From: an uncultured archaeon
GTDB taxonomy: Archaea > Asgardarchaeota > Thorarchaeia > Thorarchaeales > Thorarchaeaceae
Length of the DNA stretch: 32,000 nucleotides
Direction: 5' to 3'
Assembly: GCA_964648855.1 (NCBI GenBank)
Contig: CAZYLT010000003.1
Location: 150,001-182,000, forward strand
Under the pieces are notes generated by a model. The model saw only the letters and a list, made by a program, of their open reading frames with translations, ran no database searches and was not told the DNA's origin. The position numbers and the translations under genes were made by a program. Numbering within the stretch: the stretch's first letter is position 1; every line of letters begins with the position of its first letter. Positions 24,418 to 32,000 of the stretch are shown in pieces.

Positions 24418-27400
24418 TCAAATCCTGCCTTGTTTTCTCAGCAGCCAGATGACTACAACAACCACTGCAACTACAGCTACTCCTGCCACAATAAGCATCA
24501 CTGCGCCAAGATCCAGCGGTGGGGCTGCACGACCATCTCCAGCAGGAAGAACCGTCACGGTTACAGAGTCACTGATTGAGTTACCGCTTCCGTCGTATAC
24601 GGTTATGGTAAACTCATGATTGCCAACATCTAGGCCATCCACATTAACCAGAATCCTTGAGCCGCCCCACGACCCTTCAACAAGAATGGAGCTGTTGTAA
24701 GTCACCTCAAACCAATCTGGGTACTTATCAGAAGGTGTCCAAACGATCCTATTATTGGTCGATCCAGATCTATAGGTTATATCGTGTGGACTGTCTATTG
24801 TGGGGCTGACATCATCATCAACCACCAGCATAGTGACAGTGTCATATGCAGTATTGCCATCTATGTCCTGGATTACAACTTTGAAGGTATGCTCACCTTC
24901 TATCATTCCGTCAATATTGACATCTAGGGTGCCTGTTGTCCATGAACCTGATTCCCACTCTTCACCATCGAGATATGCCGTGTAAGTATCAGGATGAAGG
25001 TCAGAAACTTGCCATGATAATGTCTGCCCCGTTCCATCTACGAATGCGACAGTGTTCGCTGTGTTGCTGATTTTTGGTGGCGTCCCGTCGTAGACATGAA
25101 TGAGAACTGTGTCCGTCACAGTATTCAGGTCGATATCCCGGACTGTCACGATAGCAGTGTGGGTTCCATAATCCAAACCATCGATATTGATAGTGACATT
25201 ATTATAATTCCACGCATCTGCATCCCAGGAAGATCCATCGATCGTTGCTTCCCATTCTTTGAGGTAGTCATCATAGGGATACCAAGTAATGATATTGCCT
25301 GTAGAACCCTCAGCATAGTAGATGTCGTTAGGTTGGTCGATGATTGGTTCTGTGGGCAGATACAGCATAGGGTACCTATCCTGAGTATCTCCATCCACAT
25401 CATAAGCTCCTGGTGGTGTGTAGTCATCCCACCAATTGCCAGTATCAACTCCATCATCCCAATATGTCCCTGAATTCACATCTTCTCCATTAGCTATATG
25501 ATTCAACGCTATGACATTGTAGTAGATTTCAGGAGCGCCCATGTTATTGACATAAATTCCGTATTCATAGTTCCATCTGATCGTATTGTTGTTTATTTGA
25601 CCATCAGTATTGAAATTGACAACAACACCATTTTCATTATTTTCGATTGTGTTTAGAGTAACGTTTAGGTCCGTTATGGATCCTCCTCCATACCAAACAC
25701 CTCTACTAGTACAGTATCTAACTGTGTTTTCTGCAATTGTAATATTATTCGCGCTATCGACAGAGATGCCAGTTGAAGCGTTCAGAACCAGATTGTTTCT
25801 AATACGGATAAATCCCGAAGCTGCATTGGTTATCTGAATACCATAGCTTTCTGCATTCAGTATCTCAGAGTCTGAGATCAGAACATCAAAACCTTCATCC
25901 ATTCGTAGATTTACGTAATTGGTATCTAACACACAGTCCTCGATTGTGATGTTGTCCGTATATCTCATTCTTATACCATATCTATTGGCTGAATTGCAGT
26001 ATTCAATCGTTGAGTTTACGATCGAGAGTCCATGTGCATAATATGCCATGATTCCATTGCTATAACCAGCCCCCGTGATTTCAATATCGTGGATCGATGC
26101 ATTCTCGCTATTATACAAATAGATTCCATAAGTGTTCCTAGTGGAAACGAGATCCCAGATATCACAATTATGGCTGTGAATAAGCTCCACGGGAACCGTA
26201 ATATGGTCAAACGTCCCATCATGAATGTCCATGTTCGTACAGTTGACCAAGAAGATTTGTGCCCAGTCATCTGCTATTATGTTCTGACCATCCTCATGAA
26301 GGGCAAAGTAGACATCCATGCCATTTACAGTATTTCCCTCGAAGAGATGCTCATAGTATCCTATTGGACGGTCTGGTGACCAATAGAATCCGCAGCCTTG
26401 GAGGATATTGTCAGTGATGTTACAATCATCCATCAAATCAAAAGACATACCGTAGTGTGCATTTGCATCTACCGAGTTCCCGTCTATGACGGAGGTTTCC
26501 AAGTCATACAGAGATATCCCTGAATAGCTTACATCAGTTACCACATTATCAGTAATAGTCGCATTTATGCAACTATCAATATATAGGCCGTCTGATGCGT
26601 CTTCAACAGTGTTCGCATGGATCAGCGATCTATCGGAGGAGCTTACAGACAATCCGTAGCCATCCACATTGTCGACCTCGTTGTTGGTGATTAATGCATC
26701 GGGGTCATTGTCGATACGGATTCCATCATCATTTCCGTGGGACACGCTATTGCGTTGGCAAATGACATTCTCTCCGTTATCGTGATAGAGCCCATACCCG
26801 TCAATGTACTCAATGGAATTATCTGTAATTGTCCAGTTGTCACCGGGTGAAACGTAGAAGCCGTCATCACCTGCATATGAAATGGCATTATTAGCAAAAG
26901 TTACATTGTTAGAATTTCCTGAACTAAATCCTCTATTGCCTGTGTTTGAAATGGTATTCCCAGTTACTGTTGCATTCTGGACGAATCCAAGATTCATGCC
27001 ACTGCCGGTGACTTCAGATACTGAACAGCCTGATATCGTAACGTTAGATAAATTGGTAACACCTATTCCGTCACCACTGGCGTCCTTAACAACGCAGTCC
27101 TTTAGTGAGAAATTGTCAGATAGCTGTATCAGAATACCTGAATTGAAATCCGAGCTGAAGTAGCTATTTTCTATATGAACAAATGGACTGGAGAGAACAC
27201 GCAGTGCTCGGGCGCCGTCAGAGCTGATATGACTATCTTTGATCTCTATATTGGAGCCCTCTGATATCATAATTCCCCCGTTTGCGTCCATGGTGAGTTG
27301 ATCGAAACTGAGATGGTGGCTGTAATAGATATTCACCTCATAGCCGCTGCTAATAGTATCTCCAATGCTATAGGTGTGATTGCAGTAGCGAAGTAGATAT

Positions 27401-28047
27401 GCATAGTAACCGGAATTGCCATAGACCGAGTTGCCACTCAATGCCAAGCTAGGACTATAGTATCCATATAATACACGATACTCGCTTTCAAGTCTGTTAT
27501 TCTCAATAGCACAACTCTCGGAATGCTCCAATGAAATCGAATAAGACACGTCAGAGGTAGTCGAATGCGACATTATGTCACAATGTTCGATTCGTGTGTT
27601 GTTTGCGTTGCTGACGGAAATTCCTCCCTGTGCGGAATCCACAGTTGAGTATCCAATCACACCCCCGGTCGTATTTTCAAACTTGATTGCCCACTCCAAG
27701 GACTGTTGCTCAATATAGCAATCTTGGATGATAAACGACGCATTCGTATTCACGATGCTTATCATCGGGACACCCAAATCCTGTGTGATATTGAGTTCAG
27801 CAATCAGGTATGGGTCTCCAGGTGTCCCAGACCCGGGCCACCCTTGCGAAACAAAATCAGCGGTCCCATCGATTTCGATGGGTACATGTTCTGTAAGGTC
27901 CTCAGGGCCCACGCGAAATCCAGGCTCTTGAGCGGGGATTACCTTACCACTTACGAGTTCAATTGTTTCTGGCGTGCCAAGTCCAACCAGCATAGGTTGG
28001 ATTAGCAGAATAATTAGAGATATGATTGTTAATGAGCGCTTCTGCAA
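24418..28047 (-). CDS. Right-handed parallel beta-helix (NosD/CASH-like) surface protein with three Ig-like repeats and a C-terminal TM anchor
   Basis: Signal peptide, HVPIEIDG..DFVSQGWPG.G...DPY cap, many GI.l......I..N.I repeats, GNWWDDY...D.YP, three P.I..P.....G....I.W...D repeats, TM + RKQGR. Likely start TTG 28047 after GGAGGTG; ORF track start 28056. Confidence 0.92.
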   Translation of the reverse strand: MQKRSLTIISLIILLIQPMLVGLGTPETIELVSGKVIPAQEPGFRVGPEDLTEHVPIEIDGTADFVSQGWPGSGTPGDPYLIAELNITQDLGVPMISIVNTNASFIIQDCYIEQQSLEWAIKFENTTGGVIGYSTVDSAQGGISVSNANNTRIEHCDIMSHSTTSDVSYSISLEHSESCAIENNRLESEYRVLYGYYSPSLALSGNSVYGNSGYYAYLLRYCNHTYSIGDTISSGYEVNIYYSHHLSFDQLTMDANGGIMISEGSNIEIKDSHISSDGARALRVLSSPFVHIENSYFSSDFNSGILIQLSDNFSLKDCVVKDASGDGIGVTNLSNVTISGCSVSEVTGSGMNLGFVQNATVTGNTISNTGNRGFSSGNSNNVTFANNAISYAGDDGFYVSPGDNWTITDNSIEYIDGYGLYHDNGENVICQRNSVSHGNDDGIRIDNDPDALITNNEVDNVDGYGLSVSSSDRSLIHANTVEDASDGLYIDSCINATITDNVVTDVSYSGISLYDLETSVIDGNSVDANAHYGMSFDLMDDCNITDNILQGCGFYWSPDRPIGYYEHLFEGNTVNGMDVYFALHEDGQNIIADDWAQIFLVNCTNMDIHDGTFDHITVPVELIHSHNCDIWDLVSTRNTYGIYLYNSENASIHDIEITGAGYSNGIMAYYAHGLSIVNSTIEYCNSANRYGIRMRYTDNITIEDCVLDTNYVNLRMDEGFDVLISDSEILNAESYGIQITNAASGFIRIRNNLVLNASTGISVDSANNITIAENTVRYCTSRGVWYGGGSITDLNVTLNTIENNENGVVVNFNTDGQINNNTIRWNYEYGIYVNNMGAPEIYYNVIALNHIANGEDVNSGTYWDDGVDTGNWWDDYTPPGAYDVDGDTQDRYPMLYLPTEPIIDQPNDIYYAEGSTGNIITWYPYDDYLKEWEATIDGSSWDADAWNYNNVTINIDGLDYGTHTAIVTVRDIDLNTVTDTVLIHVYDGTPPKISNTANTVAFVDGTGQTLSWQVSDLHPDTYTAYLDGEEWESGSWTTGTLDVNIDGMIEGEHTFKVVIQDIDGNTAYDTVTMLVVDDDVSPTIDSPHDITYRSGSTNNRIVWTPSDKYPDWFEVTYNSSILVEGSWGGSRILVNVDGLDVGNHEFTITVYDGSGNSISDSVTVTVLPAGDGRAAPPLDLGAVMLIVAGVAVVAVVVVVIWLLRKQGRI
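24545..25355 (-). repeat. Three ~90-aa Ig-like tandem repeats (coding)
   Basis: PIIDQPNDIYYAEGSTGNIITW / PKISNTANTVAFVDGTGQTLSW / PTIDSPHDITYRSGSTNNRIVW, each with N.DG...G.H....V.D..GN...D.V.V. Boundaries approximate. Confidence 0.8.
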
Positions 28048-28199
28048 ATTCTCCACCTCCGAAATTATCTAGACGACTTCACTTCGGAATGCATTTTACT
28101 GCTACAAATAGACTGCAATAATAGAATTTAATACTTCGGTAGACATGCCTTTTTGCTCTACCTTAGCTTTTTTCGGAAAAAATCAAAATCCTATAATTA

Positions 28200-28234
28200 G
28201 AAAAACTACTGGCGACCTCAGTAGCGAGGCCGCC
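28200..28234 (-). terminator. Hairpin + T tract after the second beta-helix gene
   Basis: GGCGGCCTC/GAGGTCGCC 9-bp stem with a G-U on the minus strand, then AGTAGTTTTTC. Confidence 0.65.
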
Positions 28235-28248
28235 CTTTTAGTCCTATA

Positions 28249-31200
28249 TCAACTTGTGCGTTTCTTTCTCAGATAAAGCCCGATGGCAACCGCGATGATG
28301 ATGCCGCCAGCTACCGCTCCAACAGCCGCTAGCAAGAGATAATCAATGGGTTGTTGCGGAGGAGCTACCTTGGGAACGACTGTTACATTGACGGAATCAG
28401 TGGCTGTTCTTCCGCTGCCATCAAAGACAGTGATGGTAAATGCGTGCTGACCAATTTCCAACCCATCAACCGAATAGACAATTCTACCCCCTCCCCAATC
28501 ACCTTCTTTCACAATGGTGCCATCTGATACTATCTCATATCGATCTGGGTACTCGTCGGTGGGAGTCCAGACAATAGAGTTCCCTGACGAATCCTCGATG
28601 ATAAGCATATCAGAAGGACTGTCGATCTCAGGCGCTGTGTCGTCATCGATCACTCGAACCCGGATGCTATCGGAGGCTGTGTTCCCATCCACATCTTGGA
28701 TGACCATCTTGAACACGTACTCGCCAGCATCAAGTCCATCTATGTTTAGATTGAGTTCCCCTGTGGACCAGGTCCCCGTATCATACTCCTCGTTGTCGAT
28801 ATAGGCAACGAATGTTGTTGGATTGAGGTCCGATACCTGCCAGCTTAGCTGCTGTCCAGTCCCGTCCTCAAAGGCGATTGTGTTCGGTGGGCTATTGATT
28901 CCCGGCGGAGTATCATCATAGACATGAACCATAACAGTATCATTTACCGAGTTTTGGTCAACGTCCCACACTTCAACAAAGACTGTGTGTGTGCCATAGG
29001 CTAGTCCGTCTATGCTTACATTGATGTTCTTGAAGTTCCATATTCCGGAGGTCCATGTTGCCCCATCTATCTTGACAACCCAGTCACGAAGCGAATTATC
29101 AAATGGAACCCATACGATGAAATTGCCTTCAGATCCCTCTGCGTACCAAATGTCTATTGGATTGTTTATGATGGGCTTATTGACTGTATAGACAAGTGGA
29201 TAGTTATCGACCGATGAGCCGCCAGGCACATTGTAGACGCCTGTGCCGCTATAATCATCCCAATAGTTGCCGCTATCTACTCGATCGTCCCAATCATCAG
29301 CACCGTCATCATATCCGTTATGGATAGTGTTCAGGGCAAATGTGTTGTTGTATATCCACTGGTTGTCATCAGTGGTGGTTATGTAGAGACCGTAGTCATT
29401 CCATCTTATTGTATTGTTATAGATATACCAGCTGTAGGAATCATCCATCTTTATGCCATATTCACAGTCATGGATATTATTGAATGTGGCATTGTTATTG
29501 TCAGACTCCGAGGTTGAATGAATGCCATACATTGACCATAGTATATGATTGTCACTCATTCTACTATTGTCTACAAATTCCAAACGAATGCCATTTGTGG
29601 CATTGAGGATTGCATTTCCCTCAATCACACCATTATTAATGTCGAACATGTTGATTGCTGAGCCGGCTATATCTTCAAACCAACTGTCTTTGACATCAAT
29701 TGTGGTACAAGATTGCATATCAATGCCATTTCCATGTAGGTTTCTAAGTGTCATATTCTCCGCCCAGAACACATCAGCATTCGTCACGCTGATGGCGAAG
29801 TTTTCAGCTCTACCCTCGATGATAGAATCAAGGATGGCCACATTGGCAATCTGATACATAGTAATTGGTTCCCAGTTATCCATGATATGGAAATTGGAAA
29901 TATCCAAATCGTAAGAGTGGAATACTTGGAACGCTACTGTGGAGCGAGCGTAATCTCCGCCAGTAATGGTGACATCTGAGCAATTAACCAAAATGATTTC
30001 TCCATAATCCGTACCGTCGAGGTTCAGCCCGGATTGGTTCAAAGCATAGAACAAATCTTTCTCATTCACATGATTCTCGGCAAAGGAATGATTTAGATTG
30101 GTTATTGATTGCCCAGAAGTGAAGTATAGCCCACAGTCCGTCATATTGTTGCCATCAAATGTACCTTCGGTGACTGTATCAACATATATCCCAAATCGTG
30201 AGCTACCAATGATGTTATCCTTGACTTCTGGACTAGTAGCGCCCTGCATGAAAATACCATATACCATGTTGGAGATCTCGTTATCAACAATGGACGTATT
30301 GACATCCCTTGTTAGAATGCCGGTATTTGCTGCATTGATGATGTTGTTGTGAACGTCCGCTTCTTCTGCCCCAGCCCGAATGTATATTCCCGTGGTACAA
30401 TCATTAATTGTGTTGGTGCTCACTGTCACATTGTCGCTATAAACTGTGATTCCTCCATTCGTATCTCCAATTTGATTGTGGGAAATCTTGGCATTATCTG
30501 CACCACTGAGAGCTATTATCCCCGAGTCAGAATCATATATGCTATTTCCTGTGATTGTGCAATTCGGATGGTTAACATATATTCCATAGCTTCCGACTGA
30601 ATCTATGCTATTGCCAGAAATTTCTGCCCGAGGTGAATCAACAAGGAACAATGCAGTATTATCCGAAATACTACATGTGTTATTTGCAATATTGGCATCA
30701 GGGATGCTATTCAGATACATCGCATAGCTTCCAGCGTTGATAATTGTATTTCTCAATATGCTTACATTGGACCCGGTCATTAAAAAGAGCCCCACCCATA
30801 CATCTTCCATGTAATTGTCCGATATGGTGAAATTGGCTATTGCTCCTGAAAAATAGATAATGGAATAAATAGCATTGTCTATCATCTCATTATCAGAGAT
30901 AATCCCATTCTCAGACCCTGAAGACCTGATTGGATAGCCATCGCCACCATTGAGGATATTACCTACAATGCTTATCCCTTCATGACTGACAAAGTCTATG
31001 CCGTCATCGATGAAATCAATGATTTCATTATCTGAGATCGACACATGCTCAGAGAGCCTAAGAAAGATTGAATCATCAGAGGTGTCCTTGAACAAGTTTG
31101 AATATATCTCGCAGAAGCTAGAATTGTACACGTCTAGACCCTCACTACCTGAATTCTCCACTATGTTGTGGTGGAATAGAGTACCGTTTGACTCGTGTAA

Positions 31201-31836
31201 CCGAGCGCCTGATACTGTTATCATGCTGATTTCATTGTGATGAGCATTGGCGCCACTGCTCTTTGAGATATGCAACCTGCCTCCAGTCAAGAAGCTGCCT
31301 TCGATTTCGATATTGTGAGAATTGGAAACCAGAATGCCATCTGTGCCAGCTGCATCCACATATATTGTGGATATCGTTGAATTTGTTACGTTGTTGAATG
31401 AAACACCCTCTAAAGCTGAATCGATGGTGACGTGCTGCAAGGCAGCATTGGTTACATTCTCCAAATCGATTGCGTGTTCATTGGACAACTGACCAAAGTA
31501 GCAGTCTTGGATGACGAAGTAAGAATCGACATTATACATCCTGATGAGTGGTTCATCAATATCGTAGGTGATGTTCAGCCCTGAGATAACATACGGGTCA
31601 GCCTGGCTTCCCGCACCGTCCCAGCCTTGGGAAACAAAGTCCCCCTCTTCGTCAATCAGAATGGGTACATGCGAAACGTGGTCACCGGGTTCAAGCCTAG
31701 TTCCTGCTTCCTGCAGACTTGACAGACTAACGGTACTTTCTTCCTGTATCCTCATCACCATAAATGAATTGGTAATGACGAATGGATGGCACAAAAGAAC
31801 TGCTACAATTCCTAATACAAGCGCGCGGTTTTTCAC
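28249..31836 (-). CDS. Paralogous parallel beta-helix (NosD/CASH-like) surface protein with three Ig-like repeats and a C-terminal TM anchor
   Basis: Same architecture: HVPILIDEEGDFVSQGWDG.G...DPY, beta-helix repeats, GNYWDDY...DNYP, three repeats, TM + RKKR. Likely start GTG 31836 after GGAGGAGG, giving a normal signal peptide; ORF track start 31935. Confidence 0.92.
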   Translation of the reverse strand: MKNRALVLGIVAVLLCHPFVITNSFMVMRIQEESTVSLSSLQEAGTRLEPGDHVSHVPILIDEEGDFVSQGWDGAGSQADPYVISGLNITYDIDEPLIRMYNVDSYFVIQDCYFGQLSNEHAIDLENVTNAALQHVTIDSALEGVSFNNVTNSTISTIYVDAAGTDGILVSNSHNIEIEGSFLTGGRLHISKSSGANAHHNEISMITVSGARLHESNGTLFHHNIVENSGSEGLDVYNSSFCEIYSNLFKDTSDDSIFLRLSEHVSISDNEIIDFIDDGIDFVSHEGISIVGNILNGGDGYPIRSSGSENGIISDNEMIDNAIYSIIYFSGAIANFTISDNYMEDVWVGLFLMTGSNVSILRNTIINAGSYAMYLNSIPDANIANNTCSISDNTALFLVDSPRAEISGNSIDSVGSYGIYVNHPNCTITGNSIYDSDSGIIALSGADNAKISHNQIGDTNGGITVYSDNVTVSTNTINDCTTGIYIRAGAEEADVHNNIINAANTGILTRDVNTSIVDNEISNMVYGIFMQGATSPEVKDNIIGSSRFGIYVDTVTEGTFDGNNMTDCGLYFTSGQSITNLNHSFAENHVNEKDLFYALNQSGLNLDGTDYGEIILVNCSDVTITGGDYARSTVAFQVFHSYDLDISNFHIMDNWEPITMYQIANVAILDSIIEGRAENFAISVTNADVFWAENMTLRNLHGNGIDMQSCTTIDVKDSWFEDIAGSAINMFDINNGVIEGNAILNATNGIRLEFVDNSRMSDNHILWSMYGIHSTSESDNNNATFNNIHDCEYGIKMDDSYSWYIYNNTIRWNDYGLYITTTDDNQWIYNNTFALNTIHNGYDDGADDWDDRVDSGNYWDDYSGTGVYNVPGGSSVDNYPLVYTVNKPIINNPIDIWYAEGSEGNFIVWVPFDNSLRDWVVKIDGATWTSGIWNFKNINVSIDGLAYGTHTVFVEVWDVDQNSVNDTVMVHVYDDTPPGINSPPNTIAFEDGTGQQLSWQVSDLNPTTFVAYIDNEEYDTGTWSTGELNLNIDGLDAGEYVFKMVIQDVDGNTASDSIRVRVIDDDTAPEIDSPSDMLIIEDSSGNSIVWTPTDEYPDRYEIVSDGTIVKEGDWGGGRIVYSVDGLEIGQHAFTITVFDGSGRTATDSVNVTVVPKVAPPQQPIDYLLLAAVGAVAGGIIIAVAIGLYLRKKRTS
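28375..29180 (-). repeat. Three ~90-aa Ig-like tandem repeats (coding)
   Basis: PIINNPIDIWYAEGSEGNFIVW / PGINSPPNTIAFEDGTGQQLSW / PEIDSPSDMLIIEDSSGNSIVW. Boundaries approximate. Confidence 0.8.
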
Positions 31837-32000
31837 TGGTCTCCTCCTCCATGAAGGTCGGCTTCGGTCACTCTCCACCCGGCAGAGAAGGTGTTCCGAG
31901 GCTAATTTTTCCCTCAGTACATTCTGCATCACCAATTGTTTGCTTAGAAATCCGTGATGAGTTCCTTCTATTCCTCAGGCTTCTATCTGGCGTGTTCCAT

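Noticed and set aside
31837-31935. 33-aa N-terminal extension of the 1228-aa ORF
   Set aside because: GGAGGAGG directly precedes GTG 31836, which gives a normal signal peptide matching the paralogue.
303-31957. Numerous 60-175 aa ORFs antisense to or nested in the called genes
   Set aside because: Shadow ORFs of well-supported CDSs, with no motifs or independent expression signals.

Overview
Archaeal genomic DNA: TATA-box promoters, GGAGG/GGTGA Shine-Dalgarno sites and a Sec11-type signal peptidase. The gene repertoire (large NosD/beta-helix surface proteins with Ig-like stalks and C-terminal TM anchors, a possible longin/winged-helix protein) suggests an Asgard archaeon, most likely Thorarchaeia. 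This is inference, not a database result. About 25 CDSs, mostly housekeeping or metabolic: beta-CASP RNase, NAD kinase-wHTH fusion, nadA, HAD hydrolase, ppa, kbl, MFS transporter, PAS protein, AAA+ ATPase, signal peptidase, MBL-rhodanese, ggt, aspA, PNPOx-like, Dps-like and NIF3-like proteins. Three large membrane-anchored surface proteins follow. I saw no tRNA, rRNA, CRISPR array or transposase. Most interesting signals: (1) a ~200-270 nt, probably plus-strand, highly structured candidate ncRNA between the Dps-like and NIF3-like genes, with two crossing sets of long helices (pseudoknot or conformational switch); (2) an NAD-kinase/wHTH fusion with an altered GGDG motif and a probable ATT start, divergent from nadA and coupled to an unusual beta-CASP nuclease; (3) a partial protein resembling the NPRL2/NPRL3 (GATOR1) architecture; (4) a Tubby/LURP1/scramblase-like protein. 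All family calls come from reading motifs by eye.
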